From Octopus sinensis (taxonomy: Eukaryota), in NCBI RefSeq assembly GCF_006345805.1, contig NC_043005.1:99200001-99264000 (forward strand): DNA of 64,000 bases. The letters are read 5' to 3'. A model generated the notes under the pieces. The model was not told where the DNA came from and ran no database searches. It worked only from the letters and a program-made list of their open reading frames with translations. The position numbers and the translations under genes were made by a program. This document shows, one piece after another, positions 1-12,160 of this stretch. Position 1 is the stretch's first letter. Each line of letters begins with the position of its first letter.

Positions 1-353
1 AATTTCTGTTTTGATCAAGGAAGGCTAGAAGTAAGTAAGGGTACTAAGGGATGACAATCAAGAGGAGCTGCATGTCTAATGATTGTTTAAAGAGAGGTGA
101 GACTCTATTGAAAGAGACTACAATCTGAAGCTGAACTTATCAACCCTGATTAAACAGACCAATAGTGAAAGACTTTCTATCTATGATCACCTTGTCTTTT
201 TAAGACTATTATAATGTCTTGCCTTTATGTAAGGATAGCAGTATGAGACTTGGAGATTTAGCTGCTACTTTTAGCAGGCTGAGTGACTACAAAGTAGCAT
301 ATTGTTTTGGTAGGGGATACATGAATATGTGATGCCTGTTATGATTAAAGCAG

Positions 354-549
354 CTTTACTCTTTTACTTGTTTCAATCATTTGACTGTGGCCATGTTGGA
401 GTACTGCCTTTAGTCGAGCAAATCGACCCCAAGACATTCCTAGTACTTATTACATCGGTCTATTTTTGCCAAACCGCTAAGTTACGGGGACGTAAACACA
501 CCAGCATCAGTTGTCAAGCGATGTTGGGGGGAAAAACACAGACACACAA

Positions 550-635
<86 letters not shown>

Positions 636-812
636 ATATATACATATATACGATGGGCTTCTTTCAGTTTCCGTCTACCAAATCCACTCACAAGGCTTTG
701 GTCAGCCCAAGGCTATAGTAGAAGACACTTGCCCAAGGTGCCACGCAGTGGGACTGAACCTGGAACAATGTGGTTGGTAAGCAAGCTACTTACCACACAG
801 CCACTCCTGCGC
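354..812 (-). mobile_element. tRNA-head SINE, family A (internal (TA)n/(CA)n microsatellite)
   Basis: Reverse strand starts GCAGGAGTGGCTGTGTGGTAAG...GGTTCAGTCCCAC (A/B-box-like head), same body as 11637-12024 and 48589-48982. Confidence 0.85.
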
Positions 813-2426
813 TTTGTTTACGATGGTTTTATAATTGATTCCAGTTTATGGCAGACATTTTGGGCCCAAACTGACAAAAATCATTTACGATAAAACTTGT
901 ATATTGTTTGGTTCCAGGATATCTTTATTTCGTCTTAATGTTTTCTTCAGTGAGTGTTCAGTGTCTGATTAATATATATTTATATTTTAGTAAATCTATC
1001 TTGAAGTGTGAAAGTTATGGTATTTGTTATTTTTGTCTATTTTATGTTTGAAGTAATCTCACTTCACTATGAAGTGAGATTATAAACATTGTTGTCTGCA
1101 GTTGGCAGCACAGTTTCATGTTGTTGTTGTTATTGTTGGTCCATTCATGTGATGTCATTCAAACAGCAAGAAACAAATTGTAACACTAACATATTACAGA
1201 TTAATTCTTCTAGAAAGTCTGTTAAATATATTCTAGAGTTAGGTGTAAAGAGAGTGGAACTATCTTGCCTCTGGATATGGTGAAGTAGTTTAGGTTTAAT
1301 GCATATTGTGTACCATGAGATTAAAGTGGAATATCCACTACCCTGTCTCCCACATACTCTTGATAAATGTGTAAATATGTCTCTGCACAAGAATTCTGTG
1401 CGAGTGTATGTATAAAAATATGCCAAGTTCTTTGTGAAGATGTGTGTATAATTGTTACTTATTCTTTTTAAATAAATACCTGGCTGTTTGAATAATTCTT
1501 TGTATGCAAATATGTTTTTATGGATGTGTACAAGTGAGTGTATGTGTGTCAATCTGTACGCTAATATTCAAATTTACCAATTTTATCATCTAGGAAGACA
1601 TTTCCATTACATAAGATTATATATAAAAATAATGGTTAAAAACTCACAAAAATAAGAACCAGCGAAAAAAAAAAATTCTTCCCTTAAACCAATAAAAATT
1701 ATAATAAAGCAAAATATTGTGAATGTGATTTTTATTATTCTAAATCAGTTTATTTCACTCGGTTCGCCCCCATCCCCCGTCCTCTTTTACTACTACAAGA
1801 CCGGAGGCAATGGAGAGAAAGCCAATGATTTTTAAATTAGGAAAAAGAAAAAAATAAAGCAATAAAAACTGCTCTATTGTTAGGAATTTTAAAAATAGCT
1901 AAATCTTGTTCCCAAGTTATTATCGTTCTGTTAATATTGTCTAATGCCATCTTCCTGCTAAAAAATGCCAAAACCTTTTAGCGGGAAATACATCAATGTG
2001 CAATAATTTGAGTAATTCTCTTCTGTTAGAACTATTATGAAACTGTTTGCAACAGGTGATTAAGAAATATCTCTTGACAATGAGATAAGTAAATTAGAAG
2101 GAAATGTCTACTACTTAGATGTGTTGTTTGCCCCTCACCCTTCTCCACCTTCCATTCTTTTGTACTATCTACTCTTTGTTGTTAACTAGAAAATGACAGG
2201 CTACAGTATAGTTGATACTAAATATTTAAGGGTTTGTTTATATTCTTTTCTACTCTAGACACAAGGCCCGAAATTTTTGGGAAGGTCGATTAGATTGACC
2301 CCAGTATGCAACTGGTACTTAATTTGTCAACCCTGAAAGTATTAAAGGCGAAGTTGGAATTTGAACTCAGAATGTAAAGACAGATGAAATACTGCTAAGC
2401 ATTTTTCCTGGTATGCTAACGTTTCT

Positions 2427-2657
2427 TATTTCTTTATTGCCCACAAGGGTGTAACATAGAGGGGACCAATAAGGACAGACAAAGGGGTTAAGTCGATTAC
2501 ATCAACCCCAGTGTGGAACTGGTACTTTATTTATCGACCCCGAAAGGATGAAAGGCAAAGCCGACCTTGGTGGTATTTGAACTCAGAACGTAACAGCAGA
2601 CGAAATACTGCTAAACATTTTGCCCAGCATGCTAACATTTCTGCCAAGCTTACTGTC
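2427..2657 (-). mobile_element. tRNA-head SINE, family B
   Basis: Reverse complement of the GAGCTGGCAGAAACGTTAGC...TTCTGAGTTCAAATT...CATCCTTTCGGGGTCGATAAATTAAGTACCAG consensus seen many times in the window. Confidence 0.8.
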
Positions 2658-2749
2658 TTAAGGCTTGTTTATATTGAAACCTCCTTATCCTTCGTTGGGA
2701 AAGTGAAATTAGGGCCCATTACTTTGCCTATCATAGTAATAAAACTAGT

Positions 2750-3062
2750 GAAAGACTAGAGTGGGCCACATTAGAGTAGTACTACCAGACTAGTTACTTA
2801 GCTAGTCTGGTGGGTCATTAAGGTATGGCTTGGTTAGTGAAAAATTAGGGTGTGGCATGATTGGTGGGGCACTAGAGTGTGGCCAGATTGTTGGAACACT
2901 TGGTGAGACACTAAGGCATGGCCTGACCAGTATGACACTTGTTGCTAACTAGACTAGGGTGGGGCTTTGTTGGCAAGATGCTTGGGTGTGGCCTGATCAG
3001 TGGGAGTGTCCAGATCAGTGAAACACTTGTGCAGGACAATTGGGTGTGGACTGACAGTATGG
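2750..3062. repeat. Degenerate ~27-30 bp tandem repeat built on GGGTGTGGCC(T/A)GAT
   Basis: Recurrent motifs gggtgtggcatgat, gagtgtggccagat, gggtgtggcctgatc, gggtgtggactgac. Confidence 0.5.
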
Positions 3063-3229
3063 GTAGGAGAAAATATGGACTAAATACTATTGCAGTGAAT
3101 TAGTATTTTGTAATCAAGAAGTTTAGATGTGTTAATTCTCTCCACCAAAATATTACAGGTACAGTTTATCAATTCTAAATGTAATGAAAGGTGAAAAAAT
3201 CCAATCATATCATCCACAAGAAAGGGTAC

Positions 3230-3530
3230 TCAACTGTTTGGTATGAAGTCACTTTCTAACAACTCCAGCTTGTGCTCAAAGACATGACCCCCACCTTTGC
3301 CTTTTTTTACCATTGTTAGTGGTTGGGCTTGTACTACTTGTATCCAGATCTTCTAAACTCCTTTATCTCTCCTCATCACTTGTATTATGAACCCACTTCT
3401 CAATACCACACTATCCACATCACCCGGTCCTTTCTTCCAAGAATGTCTGCATCCTTGGATTCCCTTCCTACCCATGTATTTTCCTTGCAGCTCTTTCAGA
3501 CCTAAATTAATCACATTCATCTCACAAGCC
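3230..3530 (+). pseudogene. Decayed 3' end of CR1/L2-group LINE ORF2
   Basis: Translation ...ITRSFLPRMSASLDSLPTHVFSLQLFQT*IN resembles the CR1/L2 C-terminal SFFPRT..LWNSLP..VFP motif. Confidence 0.5.
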
Positions 3531-4039
3531 TCAGAATGTCAATGAGGAGAGCCATGGGTACGAACCCTTTCTTCAGACCAAGCCTGAAATCTAACTGAAG
3601 AGACAAAATACTTCAACAGATTCAGTTTGTCCCTCTACTGTTTATTGTTTACATTGACATTGAAACATTCCCACTTTATACAAAATCTATGGATTGGTAG
3701 GGATGAGACATACAATGTTCTCAGAAAATTAAAATATTAACCAAAATTGTATTAGGTTCACAAATTATAACCAGATTTAGTCCCAGTGTTTTGTTGATAG
3801 TTTCCATTATCCAATATCTCAATATCTAAAATATCTTTTAGAATTTCATTTTTGGATTTGAGAGTCATGACTATTGAAAAGGTTGCAAGATGCAACGAAA
3901 ATTTTAGGAAAATCAAAATAAGAAATAAGTGGAAATTTTACTGGTGAGTGTATTAGATTATAAGGCAGCAAAAGAGAATGACTCTCCCCAGATACATCAG
4001 AATCTTTTATATTGTAATATGAAAACAACGAAGACATAA

Positions 4040-4621
4040 TAGATCAAGTCGGTTAAAAATTGTGAAGTAGGTATGGAGAACTTAAGGATTAGAAGAATTA
4101 GATGCAGTGTGCAAGAGAGAAGACTGCACTGGTTTGGTCATGTGATGTGGATGGATGCTGACAGCTGCATGAAGAAGTACTGATCTTTAGATAGAACATG
4201 TGGAAGAGAGAGACCCAGAAGACATGGGATGAATGATGCTGAAAATGACCTCAGGATGCTGAACCTTTCAGATGAGATGATGAAGGACCGAGATACCTAA
4301 CATCTTGCTGTGCTCAAGAAGACCTGTCACCCCCCAGCAGAAGTGTTCAAGCCACTCCCCCTAGGATTCACCTTCAAGGGTCCTGTGCCGGTGCCATGTA
4401 AAAAGCATTCATCCTGATGCCATGTCAAAGTATTCATGTGGTGCCACATAAAACACCCAGAACACTCTGTGAAGGGATTGGTGTTAGAGAGGGCATCCAA
4501 CCATAGAAACCATGCCAAACCAGACTGGCCCTTGGTGCAGCTCTCTAGCGAACCAGCTCTGGTCAAACTGTCCAACCCATGCCAGCATGGAAAACAGATG
4601 TTAAACGATGATGATGATGAC
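4040..4621 (+). mobile_element. RTE-clade LINE 3' fragment (ORF end plus 3'UTR and (GAT)n tail)
   Basis: Translation RIRCSVQERRLHWFGHVMWMD...GRERPRR...NDLRMLNL matches the RTE RT C-terminus, also at 52440-52719; followed by the shared GGGCATCCA...TTAAACGATGATGATG tail. Confidence 0.8.
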
Positions 4622-4960
4622 TATCAGAACTTTGTTGGCACTCCATAGGCTTTAATGAGTGGCTGAATATCTCATGGCATTGGGAAAGCTAACCTGTGAA
4701 ACTGGTTGAGTATGGTGGAAACCCAAGTAGTTTCAATAACAGCTTTTAACTCTGTCTGATTGCAGTTACACAACTTAGTCATCTTCTCTTTAGTTACACC
4801 CCATAGATTCTGCATGGGGTTCAGCTCAAGTAAGTTACTTAGTCAAAGGAATTCGTTGATGTGATGATCAGCAAACCAGACAGTGGTTGTTTTTGCATTG
4901 TGTATGGTTACAAAATCCTGCTGTAACAATAATTCCACATCATGAAAAACGCCTGTCAGC
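4621..4960 (-). pseudogene. Tc1/mariner transposase C-terminal remnant
   Basis: Reverse translation LLQQDFVTIHNAKTTTVWF...ELNPMQNLWGVTKEKM...ELKAVIETTW...LIKAYGVPTKF matches Tc1 FQQDN..H / SPDLNPIENLW / AVI.AKG..TKY. Confidence 0.7.
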
Positions 4961-5164
4961 TGAAGGAAACAGAAAGTGCTTCAAATTCTCTTAGCAGACC
5001 ACTGCTGGAAATAGGACCCAGGAGAAACATTGTAGGCAAACATCTGCATATAATTTGCATATAATTTGCCATCTAAAATTTGCATATAATTTGCCATCTA
5101 TAATAATCACCGACTGGGAATTTGAAGTGAGGATTTGATACTAAGCTTATTTGGTATTCTGTGC

Positions 5165-5820
5165 CTCTTATTATTTCCTCTAAACTCTGTATCTCCAATA
5201 GAGTCACAATCAATGCACCAGTCTATCAAGAGATGCTTCGTTCAGTTGACAGGTTTTTAGATGACAGGTTTTTTTGAAGACGGCGAGGTGGCAGAAACGT
5301 TAGCACGCTGGATGAAATGCTTAGCGGTATTTCGTCTGCCGTTACGATGTGAGTTCAAATTCCACTGAGTTCGACTTTGCCTTTCATCCTTTCAGGGTCG
5401 ATAAATTAAGTACCAGTTATGCACTGGGGGTCGATGTAATCGACTTAATACCTGTGTCTGTCCTTGTTTTTCCTCTATATGTTTAGCCCCTTGTGGGTAG
5501 TAAAGAAATAGGTTTTTAGATGGTGCAGAATGTATACTCCAGAAGGATTTGGTATGAAAAAAACCACTGCTGAGTTTACTGTTTATCACATCAACATATT
5601 TCCTTGGCCATGTAACTCACCTGGACTGCACCCCATACAGAATCTGTGGGGTATAGTTCATAGGATGGCCAGCTTGCTTAACAGTGGTCAGATAGAATTG
5701 AAAACAGCTATCAAGACACCTCGGCTTCCATAATATAAGCAATGTCATAGATTGGTTTCCTCTGTGAAGCAAACATATTCAGGCAATCATTGAAGCCAAA
5801 GGAAATTCAATCAAGTTCTG
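5165..5820 (+). pseudogene. Tc1/mariner transposase remnant interrupted by a family B SINE
   Basis: TINAPVYQEML upstream of the SINE, WPCNSPGLHPIQNLWGIV and QAIIEAKGNSIKF downstream. Confidence 0.75.
5281..5510 (+). mobile_element. tRNA-head SINE, family B
   Basis: Full-length match to family B consensus; AGGTTTTTAGATG occurs on both sides (5251-5263, 5510-5522), TSD-like. Confidence 0.85.
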
Positions 5821-6548
5821 GCATATATATCATCTTTAACTCTATTTTAATGATATGATTTGGATGTTCAATTATTAGTTTCTAATATTTTGAGATTGGA
5901 TTTTGAACAGTCACTGAATGGAAACCATAAACATTATCTTATATTAAATATTAAATATTGGGAACTATTAATTTAGATTAATTTATATTTAGTCAGCCTA
6001 ATATGATTCAGTTGAAGTTTTGATATTCTGACTTAGCAACTTATGCATAATATTCTAATTTTCTGAGATGCACTGAAATGTTCTGACTTACTTTTGTGTC
6101 TGATGTATAGTGTATCAACCCTGGAATAAGGAAAGGTAAAGTTGATCTTGCTATGAACTGAACTCATGTTCTAGAGCTGTGGTTCTTAACCTTTTGTTTT
6201 TTTTTTCTTTTTGTGGCCTCCCCACATGCAGGTAAAGGTGAATTCAGCACTGTAGGTAAGTGTACCACCTGCTAATTATCATGCCTGTTCACTACTAACA
6301 GATGGAATAAGTTTTATTATATTGCATTGCATTTTCTCATTTAACTCAAGCTTGAAATTAATCAAATCTTTCCTTAGTATTCATTTATCTCTGTTACAAT
6401 CTATGAATATTGTTCTGCATTACACATTGTAATTTAGCAAACATTAATTGATTTTTAACACATTAGATTAATATACAATGTATAAACATGCTGAGATATT
6501 ATATATAAATATATATATGTGTGTGTGTGTGTGTGTGTCTGTCTGTCT

Positions 6549-6752
6549 GTCAGTGCTACCTGACTGGCTTCTGTGCCGGTGGCACATAAAAAGCACCCAC
6601 TATACTCTCAGAGTGGTTGGCATTAGGAAGGGCATCCAGATGTAGAAACCTTGCCAGACTGGAGCCTGGTACTGCCTCCTGGCTTGCCAGTCTTCAGTCA
6701 AACCATCCAACCCATGCCCGCATGGAAAGTGGGCATTAAGCAATGATGATGA
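6549..6752 (+). mobile_element. RTE 3'UTR tail / RTE-dependent SINE end
   Basis: GGTGGCACATAAAAAGCACCC...TTAGGAAGGGCATCCAG...CCAACCCATGC...GATGATGAT, same as the tail of the RTE at 54740-54922. Confidence 0.8.
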
Positions 6753-6940
6753 TATATACATGTACATATATATAATAATGGTTTCAAATTTTGTCACAAG
6801 GGCAGCCATTTTGGGGGAGGGGATGTATCTATTACATTGACCCCAGTGTGAAACTAGTACTTTATTGATCCTGGAAGGATGAAAGGTAAGGTTGACCTCG
6901 GCAGAATTTGAACTCAGAATGTAGTGACAAGACGAAATAC

Positions 6941-7172
6941 CTATTTCTTTACTACCCACAAGGGGCTAAACACAGAGAGGACAAACGAGGACAGACAAAT
7001 GGATTAAGTCGATTATATCGACCCCGGTGCGTAACTGGTACTTATTTAATTGACCCCGAAACGATGAAAGGCAAAGTTGACCCTGGCAGAATTTGAACTC
7101 AGAACGTAGCGGCAGATGAAATACCACTAAGCATTTTGCCTGGTGTGCTAACAATTCTGCCAGCTTGCTGTC
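6941..7172 (-). mobile_element. tRNA-head SINE, family B
   Basis: Reverse complement of family B consensus; a second partial copy is directly upstream (~6770-6940). Confidence 0.85.
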
Positions 7173-8189
7173 TTATATACATAATAATAATGGTAATTCT
7201 AGGATGGAATTTATATATATATATATGTTTTTGCATATGTACATACACACTTCTGCATGTAACCAAATGGCTATGCATACACACACACACACAATATTAA
7301 AGGCAAGATTATTGAGTAAATAGTCCCTAGTCAGGGGTTCAGATCAGCCAGGGACATTTTGCTGTGCTTCTGAAGAGAACACTTAATTCTCCATTACTTC
7401 AGTTTGCCTAAATACCGAGAATAGGCATCAAGTGATATGAGAATGATTGGTCTTAGCCTGAATATATAATTAAAATTTGTGGACACACAAATGATTTATT
7501 AGTTACAACAATCCTGCATCTATTTTTGTGCTACTTATTGTTAATTTATGAATAGCAATAATGTTTCTTTTTTGTGTTAATTTAATTTTCTATGGCTGAT
7601 TGATAAATTGCTTTCTATATAATAAATGGTTTCTGTTACTGTAAATAATATATTTTCCTTAAATTGAAGGAAGTGTGAATATTTTGTTATATTGACATTG
7701 CTAACTTTTTTAAGTTATCAATGCAGTGATGCTGTTTCTATGAATTATTGTGAATTATTTGCTATTCAGGATGGGATGTTCATTGTTATTTTTTTCATTT
7801 ATTTACTATTTATCACTCTACTGCTACCACCTAAAATGTTAGTTCTTTAAATATTTTGTGATTTAGGGATATTCAGTTGATAATTTCCTTGGTTAGAGCT
7901 GAGCTGATGCTATTTTGGGGACTTTGTGTCATAAAGAAAAGTAAATAATTCCTCCCAGGAATAAATTTCTATTTTTGCTGTTTTACAAATTCTGTTTATT
8001 GATCTGTTAATCTCTGATACTTGAAATTTACAAATCAATAAATTTCATCCAGTAAATATTTATAGCACCACTATGCAGGCCAGTAACTCACACATCACTA
8101 TTGTGGAGGAAATGGTTTAGACATTTATATATATATATCTAAACCCTTACTGAAAGAAATACAACTAGTTGTAAATTTTTATAGAAGCA

Positions 8190-9124
8190 ATATATCCATA
8201 TGTATATATTTCAAGAACAGTGATACTGCTATATGCAAATTTCCTGAACAGCAATGTGGCTATCTGAAAATGTTAGGACTAGCAATGTAGCTGTGTCTAC
8301 ATTTTAATTGCTAACAATATAGCTGTGTGTACATATCTTGTCTAGTGCTGTAAACGTGTGAATATTTTATGGCTACTAGTGCAGTTGTGTGTATATTTCA
8401 TGGATAGCACAGCAGGTGAGTACCAATTTCATCACCAGAAATGTAGTTATAAGTGTGTGTACATTTCAGAGTGAGCAGAGCAACAGCTGTTTGCATATTT
8501 CATAGTGAGCAGTGCAGCAGCTGCATGTACATTTCATGGCTGGCAGTGTAGCAGCTGTATGTGCATTTCATGATTTGCAGTGTGGCAGCTGCGTGTACAT
8601 TTCATGGTTGGCAGTGTTGCAGCTATGTGTACATTTCATGGCTGGCAGTGTGGCAGCTGTGTGTACATTTCATGGCTGACAGTATGGCAGCTGTGTGTAC
8701 ATTTCATGGCTGGCAGTGTGGCAGCTGTGTGTACATTTCATGGTTGGCAGTGTGGCAGCTGTGTACACATTTCATGGCTGGCAGTGTTGCAGCTATGTGT
8801 ACATTTCATGGCTGGCAGTGTGGCATGCTGTGTGTACACATTTCATGGCTGGCAGTGTGGCAGCTGTGTATACACATTTCATGGCTGGCAGTGTGGCAGC
8901 TGTGTACACATTTCATGACTGGCAGTGTTGCAGCTGTGTACACATTTCATGGCTGACAGTGTGGCAGCTGTGTACACATTTCATGGCTGGCAGTGTGGCA
9001 GCTGTGTGTACATTTCATGGCTGGCAGTGTGGCAGCTGTGTGTACATTTCATGGCTGGCAGTGTTGCAGCTGTGTGTACATTTCATGGCTGGCAGTGTGG
9101 CAGCTGTGTGTACATTTCATGGCT
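8190..9124. repeat. 34-bp minisatellite ACATTTCATGGCTGGCAGTGTGGCAGCTGTGTGT
   Basis: About 17 near-identical units at 8527-9124 (e.g. 8631-8664 then 8665), with progressively degenerate units back to ~8190. Confidence 0.95.
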
Positions 9125-9804
9125 ATGAATGTAAGTTTGAATTTTCCACAGATAGCAATATAGGATATATTCGCTTGAAACAGCAGATGTGTCCAGTGAC
9201 ATATGCTTCCACTCAAGAATCTTATATTTACACTGATATTATAAGAAAAGGGAATATCATAAATAAAACCTAGACATCCTTCTATAAAATAAATGTGATA
9301 TGATTCTAGAATTGGAAATTGTATGGGCTCAGTAAGTGTGATCTGATAGCATTATATGGTGAGAGATAGTATGGAATAAAATCTTGAATCTAAGGAAACC
9401 AGCAATGCTGGAGCATATTGGTAATAATTAACCTAGAGAATTTGGTAAATTTAGTAATTTGTGAGACGGAACGAAGAAAATAGATCCTTTTCTTTTGTAT
9501 GAGGATAAGGATTGAAGAGATAGGCTGATAGCTATATATATATAGAGAGAGGGAGGGAGGTGAGATATGTTACTTTGGCTGCAAGTCAAAGTAAATGAAT
9601 AAGCATGTAATGTGGGGGAGAGAGGGAGTAATGTGAGGAGATGTGTGAGGGTTGCCAGTCTGGAGTAGGAGGTAAAAAAAGAGGGAGGGAAGTTGAACTA
9701 GAGAGGGAAAGTAGAAGGAACTAATATTTCTAGATGAGCAGAAGGATGAGACAGAGGAGACGAGGAAAGAGAACACAGAAGGAATGGGAAATAAAAGACA
9801 GACA

Positions 9805-9814
9805 TGCACACACG

Positions 9815-9879
<65 letters not shown>

Positions 9880-9881
9880 CA
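9805..9881. repeat. (CA)n microsatellite
   Basis: Direct reading. Confidence 0.95.
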
Positions 9882-10277
9882 CTTCTGCAGTGTGCTGTTC
9901 AAGAAATTGAAATCAAGTTTTTTTGTTTTTTTTTAAATCAAGTAAAAATCATTTATAGAAACTGGGGTGATGTGAGTGGAAGAGACAAAGCCAGAGGGAA
10001 ATTGAAAAAAAAGGGGTGTAAGAGAGAGTGTGAAAGCAAAGCCAATGTGCAGGTGCTTTTCTGTGTTTTCTCTTCAGCCTCTTGAACACCACCTCTTCCT
10101 CCTCCTTACCAAAATGAAACATGATTTCCTTCCACCCTTCTGCTCCACTTCTGGCTTCCTCTCTTTTGTTTCTCTTCTACTTCAAACTTCTGACCTCTTC
10201 CACCAACACCTCCTTTCCAAAATTTCTTTCCCATTCTTCCCCATAACCATCTTTTCACTGCAATCCTTCATTTAGTG

Positions 10278-10893
10278 CAGGGGTTCTCAGCCAATTTTTA
10301 ACTATGGACCCTTTTGAAATAATATTTTATTCAGGTGCACCCCCATAGCCAGTCGATGCTTAAAAGCTAGTTTTAGAGAAACTTTTCAAAATGCCTATTT
10401 TGTTCATCGCACATTGACTTGTGTAGGTTGAACTATGTAAAATGCTAGAGGAAAAAAAAAACCTAGCTGTTTCTTGCAATACATACCAGTACATACATCT
10501 AAAGCAAGTGAAGGTGTGTGGCTTAGTGGTTAGGGTGTCAGCATCATGATCGTAAGATTGTAGTTTCGATTCCTGGACCGTGTGACGTGTTGTGTTCTTG
10601 AGCAAAACACTTCATTTCATGTTGCTCCAGTCCACTCAGCTGGCAAAATTGAGTAACGCTGCGATGGACTGGCGTCCTGTCCAGCTGGGGAACACATACG
10701 CCATTGAAACCGAGAAATCGGCCCTTATGAGCCTGGCATTGCTCGAGAAAGAACGTTTTTATCTAAAGCAACATTTTTACAGGAGCCTTTAAAATACTAT
10801 TGTGGGTCCTCAGTTCACTATTTTGTTGTGTGGACCCCCAAAAATCTTATATGGGTTCTCAAGGATCATATGGACTCTGGTTGAGAATCACTG
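10278..10893. mobile_element. hAT (Charlie-like) MITE
   Basis: Termini CAGGGGTTCTCAGCC / GGTTGAGAATCACTG; flanks ATTTAGTG (10270-10277) and GTTTAGTG (10894-10901) form an 8-bp TSD with one mismatch and central TA. Confidence 0.7.
10510..10750 (+). mobile_element. tRNA-head SINE (V-SINE-like body) nested in the hAT MITE
   Basis: Head GGTGTGTGGCTTAGTGGTTAGGG...TTTCGATTCC; body TTGAGCAAAACACTT...GCGATGGACTGGCGTCCTGTCCAG. Confidence 0.7.
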
Positions 10894-11157
10894 GTTTAGT
10901 GGCTTACAGCCAAGGTAACAACTGCCCTCTCTCTCTCTCTCTCTGTCCCTGATGAAGGGCAAAGGATCCAAACTTTTAATACTACACCCTTTCACAGCAA
11001 TTCATTAAATTGCCCTGTAGATCCTGCTATTAGATCGTACCCTATAGTTAATTGCATTGAAGGTGTATAATGGTAAATTATGAAGGGATCTTTTATAAGT
11101 GTAGAAGTAGACTATCCGGAATCCTATTAAGATGGTTTATTACATACAGGTAGATGA

Positions 11158-11389
11158 AGGTGACAAGCTGGCAGAAACATTAGCGCGCCAGGAAAAATGC
11201 TTAGTGGGATTTCATCTGCCGTTATGTTCTGAGTTCAAATTCCACCGAGGTCGACTTTACCTTTCATCCTTTCGGGGTCGATAAATTAAGTACCAGTTTC
11301 GCACTTGGGTTGATGTAATCGACTTAATCCCTTTGTCTGTCCTTGTTTGTCCCCTCTGTGTTTAGCCCCTTGTGGGCAGTAAAGAAATA
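11158..11389 (+). mobile_element. tRNA-head SINE, family B
   Basis: Match to family B consensus. Confidence 0.85.
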
Positions 11390-11636
11390 TATTACATACA
11401 GGTAGATAACCACTAATTTCTATTGAAATAATATTAACATCAACATTACTTGTTACTCCATCCGCCGGTCGAAGACCATCAGTTATGGAAGAGAGTGGGG
11501 GTACAGCCGATTACATCAATTTCAATTCTAACTATTCTTTTATCCTTTTTTTTCTGGGGAGAGTTAATTGTGCCCATTCATTTCTTCACCCCTGATATTG
11601 TCAGTTTGACATGGTTAAAAATTCTCTTGTATAAGT

Positions 11637-11804
11637 GCAGGAGTGGCTGTGTGGTAAGTAGCTTGCTTACCAACCATATGGTTCCGGGTTCAGTCCCACT
11701 GCGTGGCACCTTGGGTAAGTGTCTGCTTCTATAGCTTCTGGCCGACCAAAGCCTTGTGAGTGGATTTGGTAGACGGAAACTGAAAGAAGCCCATCGTATA
11801 TATG

Positions 11805-11837
<33 letters not shown>

Positions 11838-12024
11838 TTGTCCCCCCAACATCGCTTGACAACTAATGCTGGTGTGTTTATGTCCCCGTATCTTAGTGGA
11901 TCGGCAAAAGAGACCGATAGAATAAGTACTAGGCTAACAAAGAATAAGCCCTGGGGTCGATTTGCTTGACTAAAGGCGGTGCTCCAGCATGGCTGCAGTC
12001 AAATGACTGAAACAAGTAAAAGAG
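11637..12024 (+). mobile_element. tRNA-head SINE, family A
   Basis: GCAGGAGTGGCTGTGTGGTAAGTAGC...CCGGGTTCAGTCCCAC...(TA)n...CAAGTAAAAGAG. Confidence 0.88.
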
Positions 12025-12029
12025 TATAG

Positions 12030-12160
12030 TTTCAAGTCGATGACCACAGGAAAAATATTGGCAGGAACAGAGTTCCAAAAAGATAATGTTCTGAAGAGGA
12101 TGGATGGGGATTTGTAGCTAGTGTGGGACCTGATGGGGCAAGAGGTGCACATAATATGAA
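12030..12160 (-). pseudogene. Decayed CR1/L2-group LINE 3' end
   Basis: Reverse translation SILFRTLSFWNSVPANIFPVVIDLKLY resembles SFF.RT..LWNSLP..VFP...DL..FK. Confidence 0.55.

Noticed and set aside
329-780. ORFs rich in YI/IY/HT/VC (also 37297-38595, 49033-49486 and many others)
   Set aside because: Translations of (TA)n, (CA)n and (TATG)n microsatellites or SINE bodies; not genes.
1044-1089. 13-bp perfect hairpin TAATCTCACTTCA-CTA-TGAAGTGAGATTA
   Set aside because: Too short with a 3-nt loop for a pre-miRNA; likely a local fold-back duplication.
1200-1460. PLPCLPHTLDKCV resembling the hAT CxxH motif
   Set aside because: Single short motif with stops around it; insufficient support.
3545-3585. 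Minus-strand CTGAAGA AAGGG...CCC hammerhead half
   Set aside because: No GAAA after stem II and no stem I/III.
8527-9124. CRISPR-like appearance of regular repeats (also 53140-53385 and 54493-54745)
   Set aside because: Units are contiguous without unique spacers, no cas genes, eukaryotic context.
8561-9273. Cys/His/Trp-rich repetitive ORFs
   Set aside because: Product of a 34-bp (non-triplet) minisatellite open in several frames; no coding signature.
10945-10975. CTGATGAAGGG...CCAAAC hammerhead-like stretch
   Set aside because: G12 missing and stems incomplete; at best a decayed remnant.
11637-11710. tRNA-like heads of SINEs as tRNA genes
   Set aside because: A/B boxes only; no cloverleaf or acceptor stem, and they continue into SINE bodies.
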